In this document: positions 27,896 to 38,202 of the stretch, one piece after another | Layout of the letters: each line of letters opens with the position of its first letter | Numbering within the stretch: the first letter of the stretch is position 1 | Source of the DNA: Candidatus Yanofskybacteria bacterium RIFCSPHIGHO2_01_FULL_44_17 | Lineage (GTDB): Bacteria; Patescibacteriota; Minisyncoccia; 2-02-FULL-40-12; IGHO2-01-FULL-4-A | NCBI GenBank assembly: GCA_001794195.1 | Contig: MGJI01000006.1 | Coordinates: forward strand, 2,650-66,649 | Length of the DNA: 64,000 bases | Direction of reading: 5' to 3' | Made by a program: the position numbers and the translations under genes | Notes under the pieces: model-generated | Told to the model about the DNA's origin: nothing | Seen by the model: the letters and a program-made list of their open reading frames with translations, nothing else | Database searches by the model: none

Positions 27896-29352
27896 GCATG
27901 TTGAAAGAGAAGCCCTGGATTCTGGTGGCGATTTTTTTGGCTGTTTTTTTTATTTCCACTTATAAGCTGACCGAGTCACCGCGAACCTGGTACGACGACG
28001 GGCTTTTTATGCAGGTTGCCAGGAACGTCGTGCACTTCAATACTTTTGGAGTCCAGTCGGCTCCGGGAGAGATTGACCGTTCTATAGCTTCGTACGTTAC
28101 GACTGGTCCATCGGTTACGTATCCGATAGCCATTATTTACAAGTTTTTTGGCGTGGGTCTGTTGCAGGCCAGACTTTTAATGGTAGTTTTTTTGCTGATG
28201 CTGGTTGCCGCTAGTTTTTGGTTAATATATGAAGTTTTCGGTTATAAAGAAGCGGTTATTTCAACATTGTTACTGGTAAGTTTTGCGCCGCTTTATGGTA
28301 ATGGCAAAATCGTGCTGGGAGAAATTCCTGGCTTGTTATTTCTGGTTTTATTTTTATTAGCTCTAAATAAGCTAGAAGATAGCGGTTACAAAAATCATTT
28401 TTGGAGCGTTTGGGCCGGGCTGGGAATGGGCTTAGCCATAGTTGCCAAGCCAATCTTTATCTTGCTGTTACCCGCTGTTGTAATTTGGGTTTTGTGGAAA
28501 AGGAAGACAATTCGTCTAGACGCAGGTAGCGCTTTGCGCTTTTTTATTTTCTTTTTGGCACCAGTTTTTTTATTTTATTTGACGTATTTCGGCAAGGAAA
28601 ATTCAGTTTTTGGCGTCCTGTCATTTTACGGTAATAACTATAGCGCCGGATTGAAAGATATTCTGGTTTCCGTGATTAACAATATTCGCAAGCTTTTTAA
28701 CGAATCCACTCCGATTTACTTTTCTGCCACAATGATTGTTTGGATTTGGTTTTATTGGTTTAGATCAAGGCGCAATATAATTATCAAATCAGCCGAAAGC
28801 GTGGCCATTCTATTTTCAATTTTAATTGGTTTGGCATATTTGAAGACCCCCGGTTGGTATAGATATTTTTTTCCAGGCCACATATTGGCGTTGATGTTTT
28901 TCCCGGTTGCTTTTGCGAGTTTTGCCAAATTTGTAAGCCAACGCTTGTTAAAAGATAAGTTGCCCCATTTTTTGCCGTTTGCTGCGCTGGGGTTAATAAT
29001 AATTTTTCAATTTTATCAGGTTGGTTTTAGTTCCTGGGTAGCCGGTGATTATCATAGCACCAGATCAAAGGAGTTGGGCGAGTATTTAAAAAATCTGGAT
29101 ATGGATAAAAGCATTTTTGTATATCAAGCCGCCGAAGCGGTAACCTTTTTACCGCACGACAACTACTATCAGTATTTTCATATAACCGGCGATAGATTTT
29201 TGGGCGACAGGCAGGCGCTCATTTCGGGCATTCCCGATGAGGTGATAGTGGCGAGCAAATCAATGAATTTAGCACGCGAATATCTTGGAAGGTATAAATT
29301 AAAAACTAAACTTTACCGGGATCTTTATCTTGTTTTTGAGAAGAAACAGTAA
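27892..29352 (+). CDS. GT-C-family membrane glycosyltransferase (ArnT-like)
   Basis: More than 10 TM segments. Loop-1 motif PRTWYDDGLFMQVARN. ATGA overlap with the upstream GT2. Confidence 0.6.
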   Translation: MSMLKEKPWILVAIFLAVFFISTYKLTESPRTWYDDGLFMQVARNVVHFNTFGVQSAPGEIDRSIASYVTTGPSVTYPIAIIYKFFGVGLLQARLLMVVFLLMLVAASFWLIYEVFGYKEAVISTLLLVSFAPLYGNGKIVLGEIPGLLFLVLFLLALNKLEDSGYKNHFWSVWAGLGMGLAIVAKPIFILLLPAVVIWVLWKRKTIRLDAGSALRFFIFFLAPVFLFYLTYFGKENSVFGVLSFYGNNYSAGLKDILVSVINNIRKLFNESTPIYFSATMIVWIWFYWFRSRRNIIIKSAESVAILFSILIGLAYLKTPGWYRYFFPGHILALMFFPVAFASFAKFVSQRLLKDKLPHFLPFAALGLIIIFQFYQVGFSSWVAGDYHSTRSKELGEYLKNLDMDKSIFVYQAAEAVTFLPHDNYYQYFHITGDRFLGDRQALISGIPDEVIVASKSMNLAREYLGRYKLKTKLYRDLYLVFEKKQ

Positions 29353-29393
29353 CGTTTGGTAAATTTAAAACCGGCTAAGCAGGCCGGTTCGGT

Positions 29394-31175
29394 CTAGAGA
29401 TTTAAAATTTCAAGTGTTTTGCCAGTATCTACCAGCCCCCTAATTTTTAGGAACGTCTCATTCGGAATGTCGCTGAAATTAAGAGGTTCGCCATCGGGTC
29501 CCTCTAGGACCTTGGTCGCATCATCTAGGGCAAGACAGTACTGATGGAACGCCTCATTACAGAGCGGTTCGTGAGTCATGGGATCAAAACTCAGGCCAAA
29601 TATCCTTGTAAGCTCATGTCGTACTTTGGGGTGGTGGATTATTTCAGTTCCTGGATACCAGGTAAGGGTAAACATTTTTTTATTTACTGCTTCTGGCCGG
29701 ACACCATATGGGGCATAAAATTGTTCCTGCCAGGCCATAAAGGCAACTGTTTCCTTTAGATCTTCCAAGGTTTCGTTGGGATTTCCTTTTATCCATGTGC
29801 AATTGACGTGTATGTCGACGTCCTGGCAGTTTTTGATCCCATATTTCATAGATCGAGGGAACTGATACATTTTGCCAAAAACCTTTGTAGCCTCAAAGCC
29901 GTTAGAAAGAGTGAAGCCACCCTTACCTAGCGTTTCTATGGTTTTGGCGCATGCGCTTTCCGGGCCGGCGCCGATATAAGTGCATCCCGATTTAGCCATA
30001 AGTGCGACCCTTAGCGGATCCTCGAAAAAGTATTCACCCGGACGATTCGGCCTTGGCTTAAGTCCCGCAGCTTCGTCTAGCCTGGTGTGTGTACCCCATT
30101 TGATTCCGAGTGGTCCAAGGAGTGGCACCAAGTCCTGAATCCTGCCATAGGTTACAGCAAAGTTGTCATCCGGAAATCCGTGAAAATCTATGCCGTACCG
30201 TTCTTTATAATGAACCAGTTGGTTGTGTATGTGCTGAGCGGAACGTACTGCCCATTGTCTTTCTCCCTGCGTCCCGCGGTAGCAGTATTTACAGCCATAA
30301 GGACAACCGCGGCTTGAAACTGAGGTCGTGCTGCGTGTCATTGTAAACGGTGCCGCGGAACTATTATTTGCACTAACACCCCAAACAGCACTAGCGAGAT
30401 AAGATGGAACTAGTTTATAGTCGCAACCGAAGACACGCTTAAAAATGATGTCATTGTCGGAAAGAATGTCGATATCGGCGTAGGGCAGTGCATCTAAATC
30501 TCGTGGTCTATTGCCCTCATACATCAACCTCGGCTTATTACTAATTTCGCCAAGATAATAAGGGTTGAGCGAGCCTGATTCTATCGCGCGACGTAACCCC
30601 TTTTCTTTTATGGTCTTGGCGTCTTGGCAAATTTTAATAATTGTATCATCGCCTTCTGAGTGAGCAACGGCATCAAGCTCTGGGATATAATTGAAAAGTC
30701 CGATTTTTAATTCTGTTGCCAGGCCGCCACCAGATACCAGAAAAACATGGGGTAGAATTTGTCGGACCATTTTCGCTATTGTTTCCTGCCACCGTAAAGT
30801 CGTGATTTTACCAGAAAATGCGACTAGATCAGGAGTTCCGTAATAAGAAAAATGTTCTACCAAAAACCTATATACCTCTCTTTCGCTAAAATGTCTGCCG
30901 TTTGGCAAGCCGCGTTTTTCAGCCAACGCGTCCTTGATTCTATAGCCGTTGAAGTCAATTACTCGTGCCGGCAGGTCATAATGTTTTCTCAATCTAGTCG
31001 CCATCAGTAAAGGCCCTTCTGGCGTGGTATTGGGTACGGCAGTTTCCCGTAGCGGCATATTGATAAAAACAACATTTAGTCCAGCTACGTCTTTATAACT
31101 GATATCTTTTATGATATCTGCCGGATGCGGTGGTTTTTTGGTATGCACCGGCTGAAGTATAGGAAGGGTTGCCAT
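29394..31175 (-). CDS. B12-binding domain radical SAM protein
   Basis: CPYGCKYC (Cx3Cx2C) radical SAM cluster motif. N-terminal Rossmann-like B12-binding-type region. 593 aa. Confidence 0.7.
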   Translation of the reverse strand: MATLPILQPVHTKKPPHPADIIKDISYKDVAGLNVVFINMPLRETAVPNTTPEGPLLMATRLRKHYDLPARVIDFNGYRIKDALAEKRGLPNGRHFSEREVYRFLVEHFSYYGTPDLVAFSGKITTLRWQETIAKMVRQILPHVFLVSGGGLATELKIGLFNYIPELDAVAHSEGDDTIIKICQDAKTIKEKGLRRAIESGSLNPYYLGEISNKPRLMYEGNRPRDLDALPYADIDILSDNDIIFKRVFGCDYKLVPSYLASAVWGVSANNSSAAPFTMTRSTTSVSSRGCPYGCKYCYRGTQGERQWAVRSAQHIHNQLVHYKERYGIDFHGFPDDNFAVTYGRIQDLVPLLGPLGIKWGTHTRLDEAAGLKPRPNRPGEYFFEDPLRVALMAKSGCTYIGAGPESACAKTIETLGKGGFTLSNGFEATKVFGKMYQFPRSMKYGIKNCQDVDIHVNCTWIKGNPNETLEDLKETVAFMAWQEQFYAPYGVRPEAVNKKMFTLTWYPGTEIIHHPKVRHELTRIFGLSFDPMTHEPLCNEAFHQYCLALDDATKVLEGPDGEPLNFSDIPNETFLKIRGLVDTGKTLEILNL

Positions 31176-31302
31176 TGCTTGCCTCAGGACTAATTTTAAA
31201 ACAGCTTTATTTTGATGCTACAGCATTTTTTTAAAATTGACAAGTTGGTTTTTTAATTCTAAATTAATATGGTTAAATCGTGTACCTTAAAAAAGGAGAA
31301 GT

Positions 31303-31896
31303 ATGAAAAATAAGGTTTTGGACCTGCTTAAAGCAAGGGCGCTTCTTTATAAAAACCTTGAGGAAAATAGTCGGTTTGTTGAGCAGATAGTTCTTGCCGC
31401 AGAACTTATAAAGAAAACTGTTGATTCCGGAGGCAAGATATTAATTTTCGGCAATGGTGGTTCGGCGACGGATGCTCAGCACCTTGCCGCAGAGCTTGTT
31501 TGTAAGTTTGAAAAGGTGCGCAAGCCGATTGCCGCCCTAGCCCTAACTGCGGATAGCGCGATACTTACTGCACAGAGCAATGACTTTGGATTCGAAACGG
31601 TATTCTCCAGACAGATAGAAGCATTTGCTCGACCAGGAGATACGGTTATCGGCTTTACAACAAGTAACCCATGCTTTAAAAGTATTCAATCCAGGAACAT
31701 TCAGTTAGCGTTTGATATGGCAAAGAGTATTAACGGGCTTAAAAGAGTAGGGTTCTTTAGCTCCAGAACTAAATATCTTTTGGGGCAAGTTGATGTTGCT
31801 ATTGTTGTGCCCAGTGAAAGTACCGCTATCACGCAGGAGGTTCATCAATTTGTGATACATGCGCTTTGCGGTTTGATTGAAGAGGGCCTTTCATAA
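31303..31896 (+). CDS. gmhA: SIS-domain sugar-phosphate isomerase, phosphoheptose isomerase (GmhA)-like
   Basis: KILIFGNGGSATDAQHLAAELV...GDTVIGFTTS SIS motifs. Confidence 0.65.
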   Translation: MKNKVLDLLKARALLYKNLEENSRFVEQIVLAAELIKKTVDSGGKILIFGNGGSATDAQHLAAELVCKFEKVRKPIAALALTADSAILTAQSNDFGFETVFSRQIEAFARPGDTVIGFTTSNPCFKSIQSRNIQLAFDMAKSINGLKRVGFFSSRTKYLLGQVDVAIVVPSESTAITQEVHQFVIHALCGLIEEGLS

Positions 31897-31937
31897 CTTA
31901 AATAGTTTGCTCTAATTTTTTTTGGTTTGAATATTTT

Positions 31938-31962
31938 ACCAGCCCAGAGGTGCTGGTTTTTT
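31938..31962 (+). terminator. Rho-independent terminator
   Basis: ACCAGC-CCAGAGGT-GCTGGT followed by TTTTTT. Confidence 0.65.
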
Positions 31963-32158
31963 AATGCAATACTTTTTTTTAAGTGGTCAATATTGATTTT
32001 AGTTTTATGCTTTGTTTTAATTTATTTATGCAACCAGATCATATTCTTTGCGTCTTATTTTATTTAGTAGGTTATCCGGGGGCGCTTAAACACATTGCAC
32101 AAAAGTAAAAGAAATAAGCAAATTTCGTAATAATTGTTAAAAGACGCTTAAGCTACAT

Positions 32159-33037
32159 ATGGACCTACAAATAGGCGGTAAAAATATAGGATATAATCAT
32201 AGTCATTTTGTTGTTGCTGAAATCGGCATCAATCATAATGGTGATATCAATATTGCCAAACAAATTATTGACGCAGCGGTAATGTATGGTTGTGATGCCG
32301 TCAAGTTTCAGAAAAGAACCGTGGATGTGGTGTATACTCCGGAAGAACTGGCCAGGCCCAGAGAGAACCCATTTGGTCCTACAAACGGTCACTTAAAGCA
32401 TGGTCTTGAATTTGGTAAGGAGCAATATGATGAGATAGACAGATATTGTAAAAGCAAGGGAATTTTATGGTTTGCCTCGCCCTGGGATGAGCAAAGCGTA
32501 GATTTTCTAGAGCAATATAACCCCCCATGTTATAAAATAGCTTCAGCTTGTAATCACGATAAAGAATTGATGGCCCATATAAAATCTAAGGGCCGGCCGA
32601 TGATAGTTTCTACAGGAATGACTGATGATGCGGGCATAGATCGTATTGTTGACTTTTTGGGCGAAGACAGGCTTACTATTTTACATTGTGTATCTACCTA
32701 TCCTGCCAAGGATCATGAGCTTCACTTGGCCAATATACCGCGCATGATTAAAAAATACCCCAAGGCTCATATCGGTTATTCGGGGCACGAAGTCGGTTTA
32801 TTTGCTTCTTTGTTTGCTGCGGCACTGGGTGCCTGTATGATCGAACGGCATATTACGCTAGATAGATCTATGTGGGGATCTGATCAGGCGGCCAGTTTAG
32901 AAGTGGGGGGCTTGGCGAAATTAGTAAAGGAGTTGCGTAGCTTAAAGAGGGACTATATCGGTGAAGATGTCAAATTAGTTTTGGAATCAGAAAAACCGAT
33001 TGAGGCGAAGTTAAGGCGAAAAGCAACGCTCGCATAA
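32159..33037 (+). CDS. NeuB-family nonulosonic/ulosonic acid synthase (N-acylneuraminate-type), lacking the C-terminal SAF domain
   Basis: FVVAEIGINHNGDINIAKQIIDAAVMYGCDAVKFQKRT...ISTGMTD...CVSTYPA. 292 aa. Confidence 0.7.
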   Translation: MDLQIGGKNIGYNHSHFVVAEIGINHNGDINIAKQIIDAAVMYGCDAVKFQKRTVDVVYTPEELARPRENPFGPTNGHLKHGLEFGKEQYDEIDRYCKSKGILWFASPWDEQSVDFLEQYNPPCYKIASACNHDKELMAHIKSKGRPMIVSTGMTDDAGIDRIVDFLGEDRLTILHCVSTYPAKDHELHLANIPRMIKKYPKAHIGYSGHEVGLFASLFAAALGACMIERHITLDRSMWGSDQAASLEVGGLAKLVKELRSLKRDYIGEDVKLVLESEKPIEAKLRRKATLA

Positions 33038-33056
33038 GTTTAAAATAAGTTAAACC

Positions 33057-33080
33057 AAACCGCCAAGCAGGCGGTTTTTT
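33057..33080 (+). terminator. Rho-independent terminator
   Basis: AAACCGCC-AAGCAG-GCGGTTTTTT. Confidence 0.7.
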
Positions 33081-33151
33081 GACAAGCCTTCATTTTCGTG
33101 CTATCCTAATTTTAGCTAAGCAGTTTTTTAACAATCTAAAAAGGAGAGTTA

Positions 33152-34075
33152 ATGGATCCGAGAGCTCTTTTGCTTATTGCTGGTTTTTGTGTTTCTGAGG
33201 CACTCTATAATAACTTCATAGGACTTCAATCAAAAAAGAATCCTGACTTCCGAAACCATACTGCTTTGTTTACGAGCATAATTGGTTGCATTGCGGTTTC
33301 TATGCTGTTTGTGACAAGCTATTTTAGCGGCGGTATGCAGTTAACGCCAGGCTGGTGGAAACCGGTACTTATTACCGGCGGGCTAATCGGTTTTTATTTA
33401 TATGCCGAAGTAAAAGCTTTTTCAATTGGAGATGTATCTCTGGTTGCTCCCATAGCCTCTACAACGCCCGCCAGTATTGTCGTAGCTAGCATGATAATTC
33501 TTGGAGAGACGCCTTCTCGAATTGGTTGGCTTGGAATCTACCTCGTTGTGATGGGCACGTATATAGTAAACATACAAGGATATTTTGAGCAGAGAAAAAA
33601 AGATGGGCAGGCCCTAAGGTTTAAAGATTGGTTTGCTCCGCTTCTTATGTTAAAGAAAAATATGGCGATAAGATATGCATATTTATGTGTGATCATTGCA
33701 ACTATTGCCATTAATTATGAAGCTATGGCAGTAAGAAAGGCAAATGTGGCATTTGCTACAGCTTGTATTTTCGGCATAGGAACAATTCTCAATTGTGCTG
33801 TTGCATATAAAAAAGGAATTACTAGAAGCTCTCTGGGTAGTTTGATGAATAGGTACACTCTGGTTGTGGCCGTATGCCTCTTTTTTAGTGTTTGGTTGCC
33901 TAATCTAGCCTTTCGATATGAAATCGTTCCGTATGTTGGTACCTTGAAAAGATTTCAAATTTTGTTAACCATTGTTCTAGCTTATTTTATCCTTGGTGAA
34001 AAAAAGAATTTTAGAACGCGATTTGTTGGGGCGAGTATTATGCTAGCTGGCCTTACGTTGATTGTCTCCGGATAG
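33152..34075 (+). CDS. 10-TM membrane protein, DMT/EamA-like transporter
   Basis: Two five-helix repeats of hydrophobic segments. No sharper assignment. Confidence 0.45.
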   Translation: MDPRALLLIAGFCVSEALYNNFIGLQSKKNPDFRNHTALFTSIIGCIAVSMLFVTSYFSGGMQLTPGWWKPVLITGGLIGFYLYAEVKAFSIGDVSLVAPIASTTPASIVVASMIILGETPSRIGWLGIYLVVMGTYIVNIQGYFEQRKKDGQALRFKDWFAPLLMLKKNMAIRYAYLCVIIATIAINYEAMAVRKANVAFATACIFGIGTILNCAVAYKKGITRSSLGSLMNRYTLVVAVCLFFSVWLPNLAFRYEIVPYVGTLKRFQILLTIVLAYFILGEKKNFRTRFVGASIMLAGLTLIVSG

Positions 34076-34192
34076 AGTCACTTAGATTGCGTTGCTATTG
34101 ACTAGATAGCGACGATTTGTTAATTTAATAAACAGCCACTGATGATAGGTGGTTTTTGTTTAAGTTTTTTTACAAAAAAGAGGAGGCTGCAG

Positions 34193-35266
34193 ATGGCAGG
34201 AAAAGGCTTGATTTGGGCCGTTTGTAAGGATCCTGGCGGAACCAATGGGGTTCTGCCGGTAGTTGATGAATTAAGGAAAATTGGCTATGAAGTTTTGTTA
34301 ATTGCCAATGGCAATGCGCTTGAGCGTTTGCCGACCATGAATATTCCGTTCCTTACCCTTGAAGAAGCACTGGCCAAGTCCACCATTCCTGATATATTTT
34401 TAACAAGTATGTGCTATCAGGGAGGAGTTGGCAGAAACCTTATTCCGCTAATGCGTAGTGCGGGTGTACCAGTAATTACTCTTCAGGATTTTTGGGGTGC
34501 TCAATTGAAGCCGGAGTGGGAAGATAGAAAGTTTCGACCCAGGTTCGTTTGTGCAAACGATGAAGTGGGTGCGGATATTATTCAAAGAGCTTGGCCAGGG
34601 TTTCATAGATCGTGTATCGAAATAACCGGATTCCCGGCAATGGATAAATATGCCAGCTTAGATGTTGGCGGAACCTCAAAGAAAGTTAGAGAGGGTTTGG
34701 GCATACCGGCTGATGGCAAGGTGGTATTATATTGTGATCAAATAGACTACGCAGGCGAGGTGCTTACGGAATTGGTAGAATCCCTGAATTCGTTAGGTAG
34801 AAACGATATTTATTTTATTCCCAGGATGCATCCGAGGTTGCCGAAAGATAATCCCGACGGATTCCCTAAGTTTCAAGAAGCCATGAAGCTGTTTAGGGCC
34901 GGCACACTGATAGCCGATTCTTCCAGGTTTACGACCTCGGAAGTAATTACTGCTGCCACGGTTGTACTGTCGATGTACTCTACCGTGAACATCGAAGCTT
35001 CCTGTATTCGCAAACAGAATATTTCCATGCTTTATCCTGATTACGGTATGGGCCTGTTTCTTAAGGGTGCCAACGGTATAATGGATGAATTTCCGCTTGT
35101 ATCGCTTGGTTGCTCTACCAAGGTGACCAATAGACAAGAGCTGGTTGCGGCACTGACCGAATCTCTAGGCAGTGGCCTTGGGCTTGTGTCGGCTCAAGAA
35201 AAAGCATTTCAGCTCGATGGCAAGAACGCCTTTAGGGTCGCCAACTTAGTTAAACATGCGTGCTAA
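34193..35266 (+). CDS. GT-B-fold glycosyltransferase-like protein with HP motif (KpsS/sialyltransferase/TagF-like)
   Basis: Strong RBS AAGAGGAGG before ATG 34193. Motif YFIPRMHPRLPKDNP. Assignment is weak. Confidence 0.4.
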   Translation: MAGKGLIWAVCKDPGGTNGVLPVVDELRKIGYEVLLIANGNALERLPTMNIPFLTLEEALAKSTIPDIFLTSMCYQGGVGRNLIPLMRSAGVPVITLQDFWGAQLKPEWEDRKFRPRFVCANDEVGADIIQRAWPGFHRSCIEITGFPAMDKYASLDVGGTSKKVREGLGIPADGKVVLYCDQIDYAGEVLTELVESLNSLGRNDIYFIPRMHPRLPKDNPDGFPKFQEAMKLFRAGTLIADSSRFTTSEVITAATVVLSMYSTVNIEASCIRKQNISMLYPDYGMGLFLKGANGIMDEFPLVSLGCSTKVTNRQELVAALTESLGSGLGLVSAQEKAFQLDGKNAFRVANLVKHAC

Positions 35267-35276
35267 TTAAACCGCT

Positions 35277-35669
35277 TTATGCGGTTTTGTTTTTGAAAAC
35301 AAATTCTTTTTGTAAGAGAAATGTTAAAAGGGAGAGGGGCGGTAGCAATATTGCTCCAGCGATGTAATTGCTTATTTCAAAGATGTTGAAAATTTTCAGG
35401 CCGGCTAAGTACAGGCCGTATATTAAAATATAAACCGCAAAGAAGCGGCCGATAAGTTTATGATCATTATTATTGAAGACCACCTTGCCGGTGGTTTTGA
35501 AATTAAACAAAACTCCGAGAATTAGTTGGAGCAGAGAGGCGAGCGTATAGTGGAGGTTAATAAATATAAAAAAAGCAAAAACCCCGTAAGCAAAAAGTGT
35601 GTTTATTATGCCCACGAGTACAAACAATATAAATTGTTTGGTCAGGAATTTTTGAAGTAACCTTTTCAA
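35277..35669 (-). CDS. GtrA-family membrane protein (polyprenyl-phosphate sugar flippase-like)
   Basis: 130 aa with 4 TM helices. FILFVLVGIINTLFAYGVFAFF typical GtrA N-terminus. Confidence 0.65.
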   Translation of the reverse strand: MKRLLQKFLTKQFILFVLVGIINTLFAYGVFAFFIFINLHYTLASLLQLILGVLFNFKTTGKVVFNNNDHKLIGRFFAVYILIYGLYLAGLKIFNIFEISNYIAGAILLPPLSLLTFLLQKEFVFKNKTA

Positions 35670-35680
35670 GTTAGTTATTT

Positions 35681-35850
35681 GAGCTTGGCCGAATAATGCC
35701 TTCTATCACCTCTAGCAACCCCAGCGAGGTTGCTGCGCTCCGTTGAAACTGTGGATTTTCCTCGCAGTGAAAAATTATACTGCTCGGAACCGTGCAGATC
35801 ACACAGTTTCAGCGGTGCTATAAGGCATTATTCGGCCAAGCTCTATTTTT
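35681..35850 (+). repeat. Structured palindromic intergenic repeat, copy 2
   Basis: GAGCTTGGCCGAATAATGCCTTCTATCACC ... GGTGCTATAAGGCATTATTCGGCCAAGCTC (a 30-nt inverted terminus). Shared core CAACCCCAGCGAG, AAATTATACTGCTCG. It fills the whole intergenic gap between two minus-strand genes. Confidence 0.65.
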
Positions 35851-37039
35851 CCAACGCTTTTTTTAATTTTTTCATTCCCTCAACTATGTTTTTCTGGGAG
35901 CTGGCATAAACTAGGCGAACATAGCCTTTTCCGTGCCTGCCGAAATTAGTGCCTGGCAATAAGACAACGCCTGCTTTTTCAAGGGCGAAGCGGCTGAATT
36001 CTTCGCTGGTCATTCCAGTTCCGGTAATATTTGGAAAAACATAAAACGCTCCGTCGGGTTTGAGGCAGTGTACGCCGGGCATTTCGTTGAGAAGCCCGAC
36101 CATAATGTCGCGCCGTTGGCGGTATTCAGCCACGCTTTTTTTCACGAATGCCTGGTCGCCGGTCAGAGCGGCGATACCAGCCCTTTGAATAAATGGCGGA
36201 ACCGCGGAAATCAATGTTTCAACCATCAGCCCCATTTTTTTAACGATATGCTCGGGTGCTACGGCCCAGCCCAGACGCCAACCGGTCATGGCGTAGGTTT
36301 TAGAAAAACTGTTTAGAATAATTATATTTTTTTTACATTTATCAAAGATAGCCGGTGAGTTATGTTTTTGGCCGTACGTCATCTTTGAGTAGGCTTCGTC
36401 AGTGAGAAGATAGATTTTATTTTTTGATGCTATTTTAGCAACTTCTAACATCTCTTTTTGGGTCATAACTGCTCCTGTTGGATTATGCGGAGAGTTTATA
36501 ATAATTAGGCGTGTTTTTGGTGTGATGCTTCTGCGAATATCAGCCGGAGACATGCGAAAGTTATTTTTTTCAAGAAGCGGGATTCCGACACATTTTGCTC
36601 CGATGAAATCGAATGCGGAATAGTAGGAGGCAAAACCGGGATCGGGTACGATAACCTCTTCGCCCGGATTAACTACGCAGCGAGTAACGAAGTAAATAAA
36701 AGAAATGGCCGGGGCAACTATAATCTGCTCAATGTCTGGTTTAAAACCGTTTATTCGCTTAGTTTCAAACCGTATGGCTTCGCGCAATTCGCGCATTCCC
36801 ATAGAACTGACATAGTGCGTTTCGCCACTCTCTATGGCTTTGATGGCTGCCTTATTTATGTGTGCTGGCGTATCGAAATCGGGATCGCCGATTTCAAAGT
36901 GATATATTTTTTTTCCTTGTCGTTCAAGGGCTTGGGCTTTGGCGAGAAATTGAAACATCGGACTGCCTGAAAGTTTCTGAGCGGACCGAGATAAATAAAG
37001 ATTCGGGGTATTTTTTTTAATTTTGTTTATTTTGTTCAT
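35843..37039 (-). CDS. class I/II PLP-dependent aminotransferase
   Basis: SFSKTYAMTGWRLGW (PLP-lysine motif) and NPTG motif. Confidence 0.8.
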   Translation of the reverse strand: MNKINKIKKNTPNLYLSRSAQKLSGSPMFQFLAKAQALERQGKKIYHFEIGDPDFDTPAHINKAAIKAIESGETHYVSSMGMRELREAIRFETKRINGFKPDIEQIIVAPAISFIYFVTRCVVNPGEEVIVPDPGFASYYSAFDFIGAKCVGIPLLEKNNFRMSPADIRRSITPKTRLIIINSPHNPTGAVMTQKEMLEVAKIASKNKIYLLTDEAYSKMTYGQKHNSPAIFDKCKKNIIILNSFSKTYAMTGWRLGWAVAPEHIVKKMGLMVETLISAVPPFIQRAGIAALTGDQAFVKKSVAEYRQRRDIMVGLLNEMPGVHCLKPDGAFYVFPNITGTGMTSEEFSRFALEKAGVVLLPGTNFGRHGKGYVRLVYASSQKNIVEGMKKLKKALEK

Positions 37040-37139
37040 CCCGTACGAAGTAGCTGCTGCGCAGCCATCAGTATAAGTTACGTGTGCAGAACTTATGTTG
37101 TTATATATTCAATACCCCTTTTTGTTTTACCCGTTAGGG

Positions 37140-38198
37140 CTACTTCGTACGGGATTCATACCACTTTTTTAGTCTAACAAGTCCGGTCTCAAGATTAATT
37201 TTGGGTTTGTAGCCAAGCTTTGATATTTTTTTTATTGAGGGCGTTGTTTTTTGCGGCGTTCCTTTAAGGTGAGGTATGTTTTTGTCGTAAGCCCTCCGTA
37301 CTTTAGTTTTTTTAGCAGACATTTTTACGAATAGTTTTGCCAAGCTAAGTATGCTGATTTCTTTATCGGATCCTATATTGTAGGCTTCGCCAGTCTTGCC
37401 TATAAGTAATATCCGCCACATACCTTCGATGGCATCAGAAACATAAGCAAAAGTTCGTATAGAAGTACCAGCATTTATGATTTGGAGATTTTGCCCTGTG
37501 AATATTCTTTTCATAAATTCTGGAATAATACGTCCGTCATCCAGCGGTAGGCGAGGGCCATAAATGTGGAAAAGACGTGCTATTTTTACTGGAACGTCGT
37601 AGATTTTATTGTAATAGTAACATAGGGTCTCAGCCATTCTTTTTGATTCTTGCAGTGCTGCTCTGGGACCGAGAGTATTGACGTTGCCCAGGTAATCTTC
37701 AGTTATGGGTATGTGTTTTTGATCTGGATCACCATATGTTTCGCCTGTGCTGACAAATAGAAAGCCTCTTACTTTATTTTTTGCCGCATATTCCAGTAAT
37801 GATTTGGTGCCGAGGATATTAGCGTAAATCGTATCAAGCGGATTAGCAGTGTAATCTCTGGGCGAGGCTTTGGATGCGGCATGTATTACGAAATCTATAC
37901 CGCTAGGCAGTTTTAGAGGCTTGGTAACATCCTGGGTTATAAATTTGACGTATCGGTTTTTGAGGCAGTGGCCGAGTCGGTCTCTCGGGCTTACTTTTCT
38001 GCGGGTCAACAGCAGCAGGCGAGCCGGCCTTTTGATCAGTAGGGTTTCGTTTAGGGCAAGGACTGTATCCGCAAAATATGAGGGGACAAAGCCGTTGGCC
38101 CCAGTAATTAAAATAGTTTTACCGGCAAGTTGTTCAAAGTGTTTACCAACGGCTTTGATTATTCTGGTCAGATCTTCTTTTATAATAGAATCGATCAT
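37140..38198 (-). CDS. NAD-dependent epimerase/dehydratase (extended SDR, UDP-glucuronate decarboxylase-like)
   Basis: GKTILITGANGFVPSYF Rossmann motif and a catalytic YxxxK region. Start placed at the internal Met to avoid overlap. Confidence 0.7.
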   Translation of the reverse strand: MIDSIIKEDLTRIIKAVGKHFEQLAGKTILITGANGFVPSYFADTVLALNETLLIKRPARLLLLTRRKVSPRDRLGHCLKNRYVKFITQDVTKPLKLPSGIDFVIHAASKASPRDYTANPLDTIYANILGTKSLLEYAAKNKVRGFLFVSTGETYGDPDQKHIPITEDYLGNVNTLGPRAALQESKRMAETLCYYYNKIYDVPVKIARLFHIYGPRLPLDDGRIIPEFMKRIFTGQNLQIINAGTSIRTFAYVSDAIEGMWRILLIGKTGEAYNIGSDKEISILSLAKLFVKMSAKKTKVRRAYDKNIPHLKGTPQKTTPSIKKISKLGYKPKINLETGLVRLKKWYESRTK

Positions 38199-38202
38199 TA
38201 TT

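Noticed and set aside
31561-31600. GGATTCGAA, a tRNA T-loop-like string.
   Set aside because: It lies inside the gmhA-like coding region, where it encodes FGFETV. No acceptor, D-arm or anticodon arm can be built around it. I found no tRNA in the window.
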